DNA from: Capsulimonadaceae bacterium
GTDB lineage: Bacteria > Armatimonadota > Armatimonadia > Armatimonadales > Capsulimonadaceae
DNA length: 64,000 bases
Reading direction: 5' to 3'
Assembly (NCBI GenBank): GCA_965215505.1
Contig: OZ244065.1
Span: 5,504,001 to 5,568,000, forward strand
The notes beneath the pieces were generated by a model. It did no database searches. It was not told the origin of the DNA and was given only the letters and a program-made list of their open reading frames with translations. Shown piece by piece: positions 1-10,549 of the stretch. How positions within the stretch are numbered: position 1 is the stretch's first letter; the number at the start of each line of letters is the position of its first letter. The position numbers were made by a program, and so were the translations under genes.

Positions 1-1
1 C

Positions 2-937
2 GCGGCCCGCGAGGACCTGCGGCTGGCCTACTTCGGGGGCGGGAAGAGGCTGCCGCTCGGCGTGTTCGACACGCAGATCGCGGCGGGGCTGATCGGCCTG
101 CCCTCCTACCCGCTCTCCTATGCCCGGCTGGTCGAGGCGCTGATGGGGGTGAAGCTGAACAAGGCCGAGACGCGGAGCGAGTGGGACCGACGCCCGCTCT
201 CCCCCGCCCAGCTCGAATACGCCCGCGACGATGTCCGCTACCTGCTGCCGGTCCAGGACAAGCTGAACCGGCTGCTGGAGCGGCTGGACCGGGGACAATG
301 GCTGGGCGAAGAGATGGGGCGCTTCTCCGAGGCCCGCACCTATGAAGTCGCTCCCGCCGAGGCTTACCTCCGCCTCCGCAACGCGCGCGGGTTTTCGGCC
401 CGGCCCACGGCCCTCCTGCGGGCGGTCGCCGAGTGGCGGGAATACGAGGCGGCGGCCCGCGACATTCCCGTCCGCAGCCTGCTGCGCGACGAGGTGGTGA
501 TCGAGCTGGCCCAGCGGCCCCCGCGCCGCCTGACCGACTTCAAGCGCGTGCGCGGCTTCCCCGAGGCCGACGAGATCAGCCTCGGCCCGCCCATCCTGGA
601 CGCACTCAACGCGGCACGCTCCTTGCCGGAAGATCAGCTCCCGCCCCCCCTCGCCTCGGGAGGGCCGGAGGAGACGCCGCGCGAGCGCGTACTGGGCGAT
701 CTGCTGTACGCCGTCGGCGAGGCGCTCTGCCTGGAGCGGGACCTCGCCCCCGAGCTGGTGGTGACGAAGGCCGATGCCCTCGCCCTGGCGCGGGGCCAGG
801 CGGGCGGGGCACTGCGGACCGGCTGGCGGGCGCGCGCCGTCGGGGACGACCTGGGCCGCATCGCCGCCGGCACGGCCTCCGCCCGCCTGCGTGTGACGCC
901 GGAAGCCATCGGGGTGGAACTTTTTGAGATTTTATGA
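2..937 (+). CDS. rnd: Ribonuclease D (3'-5' exonuclease + HRDC), 5'-truncated by the window edge
   Basis: Frame open from base 2: AAREDL, VFDTQIAA, SEWDRRPLSPAQLEYARDDV, then an HRDC-like WRE..A...D.P...L.D segment. Confidence 0.9.
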   Translation, partial: AAREDLRLAYFGGGKRLPLGVFDTQIAAGLIGLPSYPLSYARLVEALMGVKLNKAETRSEWDRRPLSPAQLEYARDDVRYLLPVQDKLNRLLERLDRGQWLGEEMGRFSEARTYEVAPAEAYLRLRNARGFSARPTALLRAVAEWREYEAAARDIPVRSLLRDEVVIELAQRPPRRLTDFKRVRGFPEADEISLGPPILDALNAARSLPEDQLPPPLASGGPEETPRERVLGDLLYAVGEALCLERDLAPELVVTKADALALARGQAGGALRTGWRARAVGDDLGRIAAGTASARLRVTPEAIGVELFEIL

Positions 938-1030
938 TGTCACTGTAAGAAATCTGACGGTTAAAATGCGCGTATGCGGGTATAATCCGCCTGCTGCGCT
1001 CTGTGTGAGCGACCTACCCTTCAATTGACC

Positions 1031-1432
1031 ATGGATGACGAGACAATGGAAATATACGCGGGGATCGGCCATGACCAGCCCTTCTTCGCACTCGTCGAGG
1101 CGTTCTATCAAGGTGTTGATGCAGACCCCCTCCTGCGTCCTCTCTACCCGAATGACCTGACACACGCCAAACTGCACCTCGCCTGGTTCCTGATCCAGCG
1201 ATTCGGCGGCCCGCTGCGCTATCAGGAAGAGCGCGGCCACCCCCGTCTGCGGATGCGCCATCTACCCTTCCAGATCGGACGCGCCGAGAGTGAGGCCTGG
1301 CTGCTCCACATGAACGCTGCCCTGGAGGCGGTCCCGGAGTTCGCCCCATTCCAGGATGTTTTGCGCCGCTACTTTTCGGAGTCCGCCGCCTTCCTCATCA
1401 ACCACGCAGAAGTCCCAGCCATCGCCGCCTGA
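1031..1432 (+). CDS. Truncated (2/2) hemoglobin, group II (GlbO-like)
   Basis: LVEAFYQGV..DPLLRPLYP, FLIQRFGGP..Y...RGHPRLRMRH motifs; TATAAT at 981-986. Confidence 0.88.
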   Translation: MDDETMEIYAGIGHDQPFFALVEAFYQGVDADPLLRPLYPNDLTHAKLHLAWFLIQRFGGPLRYQEERGHPRLRMRHLPFQIGRAESEAWLLHMNAALEAVPEFAPFQDVLRRYFSESAAFLINHAEVPAIAA

Positions 1433-1543
1433 GCGTAGCGCGATGCTTGTAAAAACACTGCTTCCTTACCGCTGCGTCGAAGTTGGCATACTTTGTGCAT
1501 TAATCCATAACTGTCTGGAAACGTCAGACAAGGAAGTAAAACC

Positions 1544-2659
1544 ATGCATCGTCATCATGCACTCCTGTATTCGCTCGTGATCCTGGGTGGTCTGCCCGCC
1601 GCCGCGCTGGCCGGGCCTTACTCGGCCGTCCTGCCGCCCGACTCGTTCATCAACCAGCACGTCGCCTCCATGCCCCAGATGAGCCAGCAGGTCACCCTCG
1701 ACCCCGTCGTCCGGCGGCGGTTGGCCCGCCATTTCCACACCTCCGGGCCGGCCATCGTGCGGTACATCCAGAACAACCTTATCCTGAAAAAGACCATGAC
1801 TGCCGGGCGCTACAAGGTCTACTGCATCTCGCGGACCGGGCGTGAATACATCATCGACTCTCGCCTGCCGGCTGGGACGCCCGTTTTCGTCATGCGGAAG
1901 ACCGGCAAGCCCATCCTGAAACTGGCCTGCGGCAATCCGATGGTTGCCTCACTGCCCCCCGTCATCACGAAGACCAGCCCCTATACCTCGCCGACGCTGG
2001 CGAGCCTGCCCGCGCCAGCCCCCGTCCCCGTCGCGCCCGGCCTCGCTCCCAATGGCCCCGTGATGGTGGCGATGAACTCCGGGCCTGGCGTAGTCATCAC
2101 GCCCGCGCCGGTCACGCAGGTCGGCGGCCTGCTCCAGAGCCTGCCGGTCCACGGCGGCAGTTTCCCGATCGGCCTCCTGGCCGGCATCCCGATCATCGCC
2201 GGGCTTGCCAGCCACGGCGGCGGCAACTCCCCTGGCACGGGAACCGGGACGGGCACGGGCAACACAGGCACGACGGGCAACACAGGCACGACGGGCAACA
2301 CAGGCACGACGGGCAACACAGGCACGACGGGCAACACAGGCACGACGGGCAACACAGGCACGACGGGCAACACAGGCACGACGGGCACGACCGGCACGAC
2401 GGGCACGACCGGCACGACGGGCACGACCGGCACCACGGGCACGACCGGCACCACGGGCACGACCGGCACCACGGGCACGACCGGCACCACGGGCACGACC
2501 GGCACCACGGGCACTGGAACAAACACAGGAACTGTTACACCAGTCCCCGAACCCAGTACCCCCGCCGCGTTCAGCGTAGGGGCTGCCGTCCTTGGCTACC
2601 TTCTGCTGGCGCGCGGCGCTGCCGCCCGACGGTACAGCCGGAAAAAGGCAAAGAACTAG
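1544..2659 (+). CDS. Secreted PEP-CTERM-type protein with a DUF6777-like domain and Gly/Thr tandem-repeat linker
   Basis: Signal peptide; [21 protein letters not shown] motif; GNTGTT/GTT repeats; C-terminal PVPEPS + hydrophobic helix + basic tail. Confidence 0.75.
   Translation: MHRHHALLYSLVILGGLPAAALAGPYSAVLPPDSFINQHVASMPQMSQQVTLDPVVRRRLARHFHTSGPAIVRYIQNNLILKKTMTAGRYKVYCISRTGREYIIDSRLPAGTPVFVMRKTGKPILKLACGNPMVASLPPVITKTSPYTSPTLASLPAPAPVPVAPGLAPNGPVMVAMNSGPGVVITPAPVTQVGGLLQSLPVHGGSFPIGLLAGIPIIAGLASHGGGNSPGTGTGTGTGNTGTTGNTGTTGNTGTTGNTGTTGNTGTTGNTGTTGNTGTTGTTGTTGTTGTTGTTGTTGTTGTTGTTGTTGTTGTTGTTGTTGTGTNTGTVTPVPEPSTPAAFSVGAAVLGYLLLARGAAARRYSRKKAKN
2258..2509 (+). repeat. Coding minisatellite, 14 x 18 bp in three sub-arrays (7+2+5)
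   Basis: GGCAACACAGGCACGACG x7, GGCACGACCGGCACGACG x2, GGCACGACCGGCACCACG x5. Confidence 0.95.
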
Positions 2660-3396
2660 AGTGGGAGCGTTTCTTGTGGGGGAGCAGGCGCGGCGGTCAC
2701 AAGACCGGCCGCGCCCGATTTTTTGTAGGCGGTGATCAGGTTGTGGGCCTGCCGGGTCGGCTCAGGCAGGCGGTAGCCGCGCACACAGTCCAGCACGAGC
2801 CGGGTGGCTGACTCGACACTGACCCGATGGCCGGGCGAAAGGAACAGGGGGTTGGTGCGCTGCTTGGTGCGCGTGACCGAGCCGATGACGTGCTTCCCCG
2901 CCCGGTCCAGCAGCGGGACGCTGACATCGGCCGCGTCCCCCAAAGCGTCAGCATCGTACTTCCCGTACAGGAAGCTCTTGGCGACGCCGATGCTCGGGAC
3001 GCCGAGCAGGATGCCGAGATGGCAGGCGATCCCGAACCCGCGCGGGTGCGCCAGCCCCTGCCCGTCCGTCATCAGCAGGTCGGGGACGGTCTTCACCTGC
3101 GCGAACGCCTCCAGCGCGACCGGAGACTCGCGGAACGAGAGCAGGCCGGGGATGTAAGGCATCTTGAGCGCCGCCGTCGCGTAGCGCGTCTCAATGACCT
3201 GGAGGTCGGGGTAGGAGAGGACGACGACCACCGCATGACCCCGGTTGCCCTCGATATCGAACGAGAGGTCCAGCCCTGCTACGGTCTTGATCTCCCCGAA
3301 ACCGTCCTCCAGGGAGACCAGGCCGCGCATCGCCGTCTGCTGCGCCCGCGCCTCCTCCGCCGTCATGTCCCACGAGTGCAGCTCTTGATACTCCAT
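2656..3396 (-). CDS. nfi: Endonuclease V
   Basis: [53 protein letters not shown]. Confidence 0.95.
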   Translation of the reverse strand: MEYQELHSWDMTAEEARAQQTAMRGLVSLEDGFGEIKTVAGLDLSFDIEGNRGHAVVVVLSYPDLQVIETRYATAALKMPYIPGLLSFRESPVALEAFAQVKTVPDLLMTDGQGLAHPRGFGIACHLGILLGVPSIGVAKSFLYGKYDADALGDAADVSVPLLDRAGKHVIGSVTRTKQRTNPLFLSPGHRVSVESATRLVLDCVRGYRLPEPTRQAHNLITAYKKSGAAGLVTAAPAPPQETLPL

Positions 3397-3413
3397 GGTG
3401 TCCTCGACGCTCC

Positions 3414-3770
3414 CTAGCGGCTGGCAAGCGTTTCCAGTAGAGTGTCCAGAGCTTTATCCACGTCAAGCGCCATCCGCCGCGCTCGTGCATAAAGATTAGC
3501 CACCATGTGGCGCGTCTCAAGCGGCAGGTCGTTTGAGTCAGCCCATCGATCGTCTGTGTCAACACTCTCGACCACGTCCCCGTCTTTGTCGTAGATAGAT
3601 ACCTCGTAAATGGCATCATCTAGACCGTATTTTGAGGAGATACGGATAGCATAAGTGGGAAAAGAAGCCTGGAAAATCGCTTTGTCAGCCGTCTTCTCCC
3701 ACACTACTCTCCCACTGATTGTTTGCTCATGAAGCCTCTTGATCAGCTCGTTCATGCGGTCGTCTGTCAT
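3414..3770 (-). CDS. Hypothetical protein (lower GC)
   Basis: 118-aa ORF with protein-like composition; start overlaps the stop of the upstream remnant (ATGA). Confidence 0.7.
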   Translation of the reverse strand: MTDDRMNELIKRLHEQTISGRVVWEKTADKAIFQASFPTYAIRISSKYGLDDAIYEVSIYDKDGDVVESVDTDDRWADSNDLPLETRHMVANLYARARRMALDVDKALDTLLETLASR

Positions 3771-4247
3771 GGCGATTCTCCAATGCGCTTTCTGATCTCC
3801 ATCAAAACCGTGATCATCTTGTCAAGCTGTTCCGCGACGACCCGGTTATAGTTGGGGGCGTTTCGGGGTGTGGTGTTCTTTGCGACCGCGCGCTCGACTT
3901 CGTTCTCAATCGCACTTAATTGTACCATTGTTGCTTGTAGTATGCTTCTCTGCGCGTCGTTTAGGTGGGATAGCGGTCTACCACAACCGACTAAGCGCCT
4001 GCTCGATGTAGTCGTTTGATTTCCTCCATCAGAGAAGTCGCCGCCGTCAACTCGGCGACAGTATCAACCAGCCCAAGTGTCTCTCGCAGACGGGCCACCG
4101 CGTTCTTCGCGTCGGTCGCCTCTGTTTTAGCCTTCTTCGCTGTTTGGTATGTGACCCATAGGCCCCACAGTGCTAATGGGATGCCGATAACGCTGCTGTA
4201 ATCCCAAGATGGTAATGGGCGATGAACGTCGCGATTGGGTCTATCAT
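3767..4247 (-). pseudogene. Degraded gene for an N-terminally anchored helical protein
   Basis: Reconstructed as MIDPIATFIAHYHL/DYSSVIGIPLALWGLWVTYQTAKKAK...EEIKRLHRAGA*SVVVDRYP/HLNDAQRSILQ...RKRIGESP*, needing two frameshifts and one in-frame TAG. Confidence 0.6.
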
Positions 4248-4293
4248 CGCAACATGGCCCGGTGCCGAAGAATAGCCTCAGAGTTGTTGTATG

Positions 4294-5298
4294 TCATACC
4301 AGCCGCTCCGAGGCCAGCGTGTCTAGATCCAGCCCGTCCACCTTGCCCGCGATCAGGTGATAATGGCCCGCACAGGCGATCATGGCCGCGTTGTCCGTAC
4401 ACAGGCGGAGCGGGGGCACTGTCAGGCGCAGCCCCTCCCCCGCGCAGGCGTCCCGCATGGCCTCCTGCAAACGTGAGTTCGCCGCGACGCCCCCCGCCAG
4501 CAGGACGTGGCCGACGCCGTGACGCCGGGCGGCCCGAAGGGTCTTGGAGACCAGGACGTCCACGATGGCCTCCTGCACCGAGGCGGCCCAGTCCGGCGGC
4601 GACACCGATGCCAGGGCGGGGTCACGGCGCGCATTCAGCACGGCCGTTTTCAGGCCGCTGAAGGAGAAGTCCAGCGACTCGGGGCCGAGCTGCGCGCGCG
4701 GCAAAGGCACGGCTTTGGGGTCGCCGTGTTCCGAGCGCGCCAGCCTGTCAATCGTGACGCCGCCCGGATAGGGCATCCCCAGCAGGCGCGCGGACTTGTC
4801 GAACGCCTCACCCGCCGCGTCGTCGCGCGTCCGTCCCAGAATCTCGTAGTCGCCGTGCCCTTTGACCAGGAAGATCTCGCTGTGGCCGCCGGACGCCACG
4901 AGGCAGATCACGGGGAAGGCGATGTCCGGCTCGACCAGCCAGTTGGCGTAGATGTGCGCCTCGATGTGGTGGACGCCGAGCAGGGGGATGTGCAGGGCGT
5001 AGGCCAGGGCCTTGGCCGCCGAGACGCCCACCAGCAAAGCCCCCAGCAGGCCGGGGCGGTTCGCGACGGCGATGCCGGCCAGGTCGCCGAAGCCCACCCC
5101 GGCCCCGCTCAAGGCCTCGGCGATGACCGCGTTGATCTGCGTGACGTGCTGCCGCGACGCGACTTCAGGGACGACGCCGCCGGTCTTGGCGTGCAGGTCT
5201 ATCTGCGAGGCGATGACATTGGAAAGCAGCGCGCGCCCGTCCCGGAGTACCGCCGCCGAAGTCTCGTCGCAGGATGTCTCGATGCCTAGTATGTTCAC
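4294..5298 (-). CDS. tsaD: tRNA N6-adenosine threonylcarbamoyltransferase
   Basis: GTG start, ILGIETSCDET, HHIEAH, SGGH, TRDDAAGEAFDK, FSFSGLKT, CTDNAAMIA. Confidence 0.97.
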   Translation of the reverse strand: MNILGIETSCDETSAAVLRDGRALLSNVIASQIDLHAKTGGVVPEVASRQHVTQINAVIAEALSGAGVGFGDLAGIAVANRPGLLGALLVGVSAAKALAYALHIPLLGVHHIEAHIYANWLVEPDIAFPVICLVASGGHSEIFLVKGHGDYEILGRTRDDAAGEAFDKSARLLGMPYPGGVTIDRLARSEHGDPKAVPLPRAQLGPESLDFSFSGLKTAVLNARRDPALASVSPPDWAASVQEAIVDVLVSKTLRAARRHGVGHVLLAGGVAANSRLQEAMRDACAGEGLRLTVPPLRLCTDNAAMIACAGHYHLIAGKVDGLDLDTLASERLV

Positions 5299-5357
5299 CC
5301 CATAATGATACCCGCTGCGCGGCGGTTCTTTATCCCCGTGCTTCTTTGCCCCGGCCC

Positions 5358-5387
5358 TTGACATCCGCCCGGCCGGGGGTGTATCCT
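5358..5387 (+). promoter_or_regulatory. Sigma70-type promoter of the trkA operon
   Basis: TTGACA-N18-TATCCT. Confidence 0.6.
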
Positions 5388-5421
5388 GTACGGGTGCGCT
5401 TCGGCGCGGGAGGGTTTTCGC

Positions 5422-5931
5422 ATGCTGTCCGAAACCGCGGGTTCGCCGCAGAGTGGTGCCGCGCAAAAGATCGTGATTCTCGGCTGCGGGCGCGTCGGCT
5501 CCACGCTCGCCAAGCAGATGTCCGGCGAGGGGCACGACGTCACCGTGCTGGACCAGACCAGCGACTCGTTCCGGCGGCTGGGCACCAAATTCCGAGGGCA
5601 GCGGCTCGTCGGCTCCGGGCTGGACCAGGACCTGCTCCGGCGGGCCGGGCTGGGCCAGGCCGCCGCGTTCATCGCCGTGACCCAGGGCGACAACACCAAC
5701 ATCATGGCCGCCCAGATCGCCCGCGAGGTCTTCAGCGTCGCCAAGGTCGTCGCCCGCATCTACGACCCGATCCGGGCACAGGCATACCGCGAGATGGGCA
5801 TCACGACCCTGTGTACGACCACGCTGGCCGCCGGGCTGATCCACGACGCCGCCGTGGGCGGGGGGGGCGACGGCCGCTTGCAGGAGGCCGCCCTGGGCTA
5901 CGACAAGCTGTACCTGGACCTGCGCGGCTGA
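5422..5931 (+). CDS. TrkA/KtrA family protein (RCK_N only)
   Basis: IVILGCGRVG Rossmann motif, AVTQGDNTN, VVARIYDP. Confidence 0.88.
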   Translation: MLSETAGSPQSGAAQKIVILGCGRVGSTLAKQMSGEGHDVTVLDQTSDSFRRLGTKFRGQRLVGSGLDQDLLRRAGLGQAAAFIAVTQGDNTNIMAAQIAREVFSVAKVVARIYDPIRAQAYREMGITTLCTTTLAAGLIHDAAVGGGGDGRLQEAALGYDKLYLDLRG

Positions 5932-5962
5932 CGGCGACGAAGGAATTCCCAAAGGTTATCTT

Positions 5963-6628
5963 ATGTATGTAATCGTCGTGGGCGGCGGCAAAGTCGGCTA
6001 CTACCTGACCAAACAGCTCTTGACCGAGGACCACGAAGTCCTGCTGCTCGAAAAGGACCGGCGGCGGCAGGCGATGCTGTCCGAACAGCTCGGCGAGGTC
6101 GTCGTGCAGGGGGACGGCTGCGAGGTGCGGATCATGACCGAGGCTGGCTTCGGGCGGGCCGACGTCATCGTGGCCGTGACGGGGGACGATGAGGACAACC
6201 TGGTCATCTGCCAGATGGCGAAGAAAAAGTTCCAGGCCCCCCGCACCGTCGCCCGTGTCAACGACCCGGCGAATCGGGTCCTGTTCGAGAAGCTCGGCAT
6301 TGATACGACCGTTTCCAGCACCCAGATCATCTTCAACCTGCTCGAACAGCAGATCGAGCCGGGCGAGATCATCCCGCTCGGCGCGCTCCGCAACGGCAAC
6401 ATCGAGGTGGTCGCCATCAACGTCTCCGAGCGTTCCCCGGTCCTGAACCGGAACGTCAAGGACCTGCCCCTCCCCGGCAATGCGCTGGTCATCTCGGTCG
6501 TCCGCGCCGACCTCGCCCTGCTCCCCCAGGGCGACATCCGGTTCGAGGCCGGCGACACCGTGATCGCCATGGTCGCCGCCGCCGAGGAACCGCAGCTCCG
6601 GCACGTCTTCGGCGAGTCGCACCATTAG
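5963..6628 (+). CDS. trkA: TrkA family potassium uptake protein (RCK_N + RCK_C)
   Basis: VIVVGGGKVG, AVTGDDEDNL, ARVNDP, C-terminal PQGDIRFEAGD. Confidence 0.92.
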   Translation: MYVIVVGGGKVGYYLTKQLLTEDHEVLLLEKDRRRQAMLSEQLGEVVVQGDGCEVRIMTEAGFGRADVIVAVTGDDEDNLVICQMAKKKFQAPRTVARVNDPANRVLFEKLGIDTTVSSTQIIFNLLEQQIEPGEIIPLGALRNGNIEVVAINVSERSPVLNRNVKDLPLPGNALVISVVRADLALLPQGDIRFEAGDTVIAMVAAAEEPQLRHVFGESHH

Positions 6629-6643
6629 GCCGGGGCTGACAGC

Positions 6644-7372
6644 GTGAGACGAAAGCCCGCCCTCCTGACGCTCCTGGCCGTCACCATCGCCCTGGCCGCG
6701 CTCCTGTTCCTGCGCCGACCCCCGCCCGTCCCTCCGCCGGTCGTCCTGCACCCGACATCCGCGCAGGCCCTCCAAACACGTCGTCACCTGGAAGCCTTGC
6801 AGCAGCAGCTCCAGCCCGAACCACTTGCGCCCGAAGCGCCCGCGCCGGACGAACCAAAGACGCGGACGGCGACCGCCCCGGCGGGGCATCCGCGTCCCGC
6901 CCCGCCCAGGCCGCGCACCCTGCGACTGTCCGAAGAGGACCTGAACGTCTACCTCGCGGACGACCGCGCGACCCGCAAGATGCTGGCCGCGCGCGGGGTC
7001 AAGGCCGTCCAGGTCATCCTCTCCGAGCCGGCGGACCTGACGATCCGCGCCGCCATCGTCGTCAAGGGCCACACGCAGAACGTCCAGCTCGACGGCGGCC
7101 TGGCCCCTGACCCAAAGCTAGGCCTGCGCTTCACCGCCACCCACGCCCAGGTCGGGCGCTTCCCCCTGCCGCCCGCCGTCGTCACCAGCCAGGCTAACGC
7201 CCTCGCCGCCCGCCTGGCGGGCCAGATGCACGGCCGCCTCCCGCTCGCCATCCAGAGCGTCCGGGTGCAGGACAAGATGCTGGTGCTGACCGGCCTGCCG
7301 GTCCGCAGGCCCCGCGTCAGGCCGGCCGCCCCCCCGGCGTCTCCACCACCAGTGTCACCGGGCCGTCGTTAG
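6644..7372 (+). CDS. Membrane-anchored hypothetical protein
   Basis: N-terminal TM helix, Pro-rich linker, LSEEDLN.YL segment; overlaps the 3' end of dtd convergently. Confidence 0.65.
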   Translation: MRRKPALLTLLAVTIALAALLFLRRPPPVPPPVVLHPTSAQALQTRRHLEALQQQLQPEPLAPEAPAPDEPKTRTATAPAGHPRPAPPRPRTLRLSEEDLNVYLADDRATRKMLAARGVKAVQVILSEPADLTIRAAIVVKGHTQNVQLDGGLAPDPKLGLRFTATHAQVGRFPLPPAVVTSQANALAARLAGQMHGRLPLAIQSVRVQDKMLVLTGLPVRRPRVRPAAPPASPPPVSPGRR

Positions 7373-7775
7373 CCACCTCCACCAGCATGTCCGCCCCGAA
7401 CTCCCCCGTCTTCACCCCGACCCCGCACGCCCGCACTGCGGCCACGAACGCCTCATACAGCGGCTCGGCGACGGCGGGCGCGGCGGCCCCCGTGAACGAC
7501 GGCCTCCGCCCCTTGCGCGCGTCCCCCAGCAGGGTGAACTGCGAGACGACCAGCATCGCCCCGCCCGTCTCCAGCAGTGACAGGTTCATTTTGCCGTCCC
7601 CGTCTTCAAAGACCCGCAGGCCGACCAGCTTCTCCGCCAGCCACTCGGCGTCGGCGGTTGTGTCCCCCGGCGCGACGCCCAGCAGCGTCATCAGCCCCGG
7701 CCCGATCTCCCGCCGCTCCCCCGACGCCTTCAGCGTCACGCTCGCCCGCGCCGCCCTTTGTATGACTGCCCTCAT
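7317..7775 (-). CDS. dtd: D-aminoacyl-tRNA deacylase
   Basis: MRAVIQR, LRVFED..GKMN, VSQFTL, GRRPSF, NDGPVT. Confidence 0.96.
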   Translation of the reverse strand: MRAVIQRAARASVTLKASGERREIGPGLMTLLGVAPGDTTADAEWLAEKLVGLRVFEDGDGKMNLSLLETGGAMLVVSQFTLLGDARKGRRPSFTGAAAPAVAEPLYEAFVAAVRACGVGVKTGEFGADMLVEVANDGPVTLVVETPGGRPA

Positions 7776-7832
7776 GTGGGGATTATACCTACGGGGCGGG
7801 TACAATGACCTCGACTTAAAGGAGTCCATGCC

Positions 7833-8132
7833 ATGCGCGTACCCAAGCTGTCCGAAGAAGAAATCAACCTGCACCTGGCGAGACTGCCGGGCTGGACCCG
7901 CGAGGGGGACACCCTCACCAAGACTTACCAGTTCAAGGACTTCGGCCACGCGCTCGGCTTCGTTAATCAGGTCGCCCAGGCGGCGGAGGCGGCGGACCAC
8001 CACCCGGACATCCTGATCCGTTACAGCAGGGTCACGCTGACATTGACCACGCACGACTCGGGGGGGCTGACGCTGAACGACGTGGACCTGGCCGCCGCCT
8101 GCGACGATTACGCGGACGGGACCGGCCGATGA
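7833..8132 (+). CDS. phhB: Pterin-4-alpha-carbinolamine dehydratase
   Basis: [29 protein letters not shown]. Confidence 0.93.
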   Translation: MRVPKLSEEEINLHLARLPGWTREGDTLTKTYQFKDFGHALGFVNQVAQAAEAADHHPDILIRYSRVTLTLTTHDSGGLTLNDVDLAAACDDYADGTGR

Positions 8133-9271
8133 TGCCGCCCCGGATCGCGCTCATCGCTCTGTTTGCCCTGATCGTCCTGCGCCCCGCCCTGGCCGACGGC
8201 TGGACGCCGACGGTCAACGCCATGACGGACCCGCGCTGGGCACCCGCCTACACGCTGCTTGCGGGCGGGGCGCGCGGGCTGGTCGCGGGCGGCTATTCGT
8301 TCCCGACGGACCGGTGCGTCGCGACGGCGGACGAGTTCGACCCGCAGACGCGCCGATTTATCCCCTGCGCGGGGCGGCTCCAGGTGCCGCGAAACTTCGC
8401 CCACGCCACCCCGCTCCCCGACGGTCATGTCTTGATTTCAGGCGGCTACAACACCGTCCTCGGCACCCTGAACTACGCCGAGCTGTATGACCCCGTCGCG
8501 CGCACCTTCGCGCTCCTCCCGAGCCACCTCAACGCCCCGCGTGAGCTGTTCACGGCCACCGCTCTGTCTGACGGGCGCGTCCTCCTGGTGGGCGGCTTCA
8601 ACACGCACCGGGGCCGGACGCAGGCGACCGCAGAGGTCTATGATCCCGCCACACAGGCGTTCACCCCGACCGGCTCGCTCGCGACCGACCGCTTCGGGCA
8701 GGATGCCGTCCGGCTGGCCGACGGGCGCGTCCTGGTCGTCGGCGGGACGCACTGGTTCGTCCGCCGCCCGACCACCAAACTCGCCTCGGCGGAGATCTAC
8801 GACCCCGCCATGGGCCGGTTCCACGAGACGACCGTCCCGATGCACTTCCCGCGCGACCGGCCCACGGCGACCCTGCTGCCGGACGGGACCGTCCTCATCG
8901 CGGGCGGCCAGAACGACGCGGGCGAGCCGGAGCAGGCCGAGGTCTTCGATCCCAAGGCCGAGACGTTCACCCTCCTGCCCGCCAGGATGGTCGCCCCCCG
9001 TATGGCCCACGCCGCCGCCGCCCTCCCCGGCGGGTCGGTCCTGCTGGCGGGCGGGTGGAGTGTCCCGCTGTCCGCAACGACCGGCAGCGCGGAGCGTTTC
9101 GATCCAGCCTCTCAGCTCTTTACGGCGGCCCCTTCTTTACCCCAGGGCGCGCACGATCAGGCCCTGCTCGTGTTCCCCACGGGCCTCGTTCTTGTCGCGG
9201 GCGGGAAGCAGGCGGGCGGGGGAAAAGAAACGTCGCTGGCGACCGGATACACCCTGAAAATGCGCCCGTAA
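8129..9271 (+). CDS. Secreted Kelch-repeat beta-propeller protein
   Basis: Signal peptide; about 7 repeats of PR...AT.L.DGRVL..GG....AE.YDP. Confidence 0.9.
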   Translation: MMPPRIALIALFALIVLRPALADGWTPTVNAMTDPRWAPAYTLLAGGARGLVAGGYSFPTDRCVATADEFDPQTRRFIPCAGRLQVPRNFAHATPLPDGHVLISGGYNTVLGTLNYAELYDPVARTFALLPSHLNAPRELFTATALSDGRVLLVGGFNTHRGRTQATAEVYDPATQAFTPTGSLATDRFGQDAVRLADGRVLVVGGTHWFVRRPTTKLASAEIYDPAMGRFHETTVPMHFPRDRPTATLLPDGTVLIAGGQNDAGEPEQAEVFDPKAETFTLLPARMVAPRMAHAAAALPGGSVLLAGGWSVPLSATTGSAERFDPASQLFTAAPSLPQGAHDQALLVFPTGLVLVAGGKQAGGGKETSLATGYTLKMRP

Positions 9272-9369
9272 ACCTTCCATCAGCAATAACACGCGCAAAC
9301 CCGGTATCTGTGGCAGTAAGCGTATCCGCGCACCCCGCCGAAGATAGGAATGTACCGGATGGTACTGAG

Positions 9370-9546
9370 CAAGACTGAGAAAAACAACCAAAGACAACTG
9401 AATAGCGAGAAGAACTGACGAACCCACCGACGCCTGCGCCGGACGAACACCCGGAACAAACACGCTCCGGGCCTCGCCGGCAAGGATGCCGTAACACAAG
9501 AAGTAATGACCCGACGAACCTGCCGCCTCCCGTCGGGTCTTTTCTT
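9370..9546 (+). ncRNA. Candidate small RNA (family unassigned; 5' end approximate)
   Basis: A-rich non-coding stretch between convergent genes, with internal hairpins, ending in an intrinsic terminator. Confidence 0.35.
9508..9546 (+). terminator. Intrinsic terminator
   Basis: GACCCGACG-N14-CGTCGGGTC followed by TTTTCTT. Confidence 0.75.
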
Positions 9547-9557
9547 GTCTAGCCCGA

Positions 9558-10532
9558 TCAGACGCCCACCGCCCGCCTCCGGCTCCCATAGATATAAGAC
9601 ACCAGCGCGACGAACTGCACCCCCGCAAGCCCGAACTTCGCCCAGTGCGGCAGGGACGAGTGCGAGACGTTCCCCTCCAATATTCCCGCCGTGATCCACA
9701 GCGGCAAGGTCCCCACCATCAGCTTGCAGGCGTCCCGGCCGTTCGTGATCAGGGCGTCCTTACGGGAATACGCTCCCGGCGCGAGCAATGCCCAGCCGAT
9801 GCACAGGCCCGCCCCCCCACAGATGAAGGTCGCCGACAGCTCGCAGACGCCGTGCGGCAGCAGGCCCGCCCACATGGAGGTCAGGTGCCCCGTCGGCTGA
9901 ACCACCGCGTCCAGGGCACCGATCATGCTCCCGTTCTGGAACATCAGGATGATCGGCAGAACCAAAGTGATGCCCGTCGCGAAGGCCGTGATTCCCACCT
10001 GCGTGTTGTGGGTCATCAGGCTGGAGGAGAACAGGATGCCGCCGCCCAGCGTACTCTGCTCATGGTCCGCCCTGCCTTTCTTCCAGAAGTCCACGGCGTC
10101 CATCAGCTCGCCGGGGAAGTACAGGGCGAGCTGCGTCGGGTCCCGGTGGACCATCGTGTAAGCAAGCAGCGCGCCGATGACGTTCAGCAGGATGGCCGCC
10201 AGGACGAACGGCATCCGGCGGCGCAGGACGTCCGGCAGGCCGTAGGCGAGGAACCCCCACACCCGCCCCCAGCCGCCGGACTCTTCGGCATAAATGACGC
10301 CGTGCGCGTTCCCCACCAGCTCATTCAGGTATAATACCAAATTAGGATTGGCCCCCTGCGCCCGCGCATAGGCGAGGTCGGCCGCCGCCCGCCGGTACAG
10401 GGACCCCAGGGCGGGCAGCTCCTCTTTAGACAGGTGTTTCAGCCCGCCGTTCTTGGTGCGCTCGACGATGACCGAGAGCCGCTCCCAGCCCGCCCGCTTG
10501 CCGTTGATGAATGCCCGTTCGTCTATTGCCAT
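9558..10532 (-). CDS. SpoIIM/DUF95 family membrane protein
   Basis: LYRRAAADLAYAR, YLNELV..AH, HNTQVG...FA.G, LLPHGVCEL, AGILEG. Confidence 0.9.
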   Translation of the reverse strand: MAIDERAFINGKRAGWERLSVIVERTKNGGLKHLSKEELPALGSLYRRAAADLAYARAQGANPNLVLYLNELVGNAHGVIYAEESGGWGRVWGFLAYGLPDVLRRRMPFVLAAILLNVIGALLAYTMVHRDPTQLALYFPGELMDAVDFWKKGRADHEQSTLGGGILFSSSLMTHNTQVGITAFATGITLVLPIILMFQNGSMIGALDAVVQPTGHLTSMWAGLLPHGVCELSATFICGGAGLCIGWALLAPGAYSRKDALITNGRDACKLMVGTLPLWITAGILEGNVSHSSLPHWAKFGLAGVQFVALVSYIYGSRRRAVGV

Positions 10533-10549
10533 AGTGGCCCTATTATACC

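Noticed and set aside
2258-2509. Short repeat array as CRISPR
   Set aside because: Contiguous in-frame 18-mers with no spacers, and no cas genes in the window.
4294-5952. N-terminally extended versions of tsaD, dtd, lgt, rluD, RDD, the deacetylase and the 56550-start ORF
   Set aside because: The extensions overlap other real genes; family motifs and -10/RBS positions indicate later starts.
5422-6628. Tandem trkA genes without a TrkH channel gene as a new system
   Set aside because: Paired trkA-like genes are known (e.g. actinobacterial ceoBC), and the channel may be encoded elsewhere.
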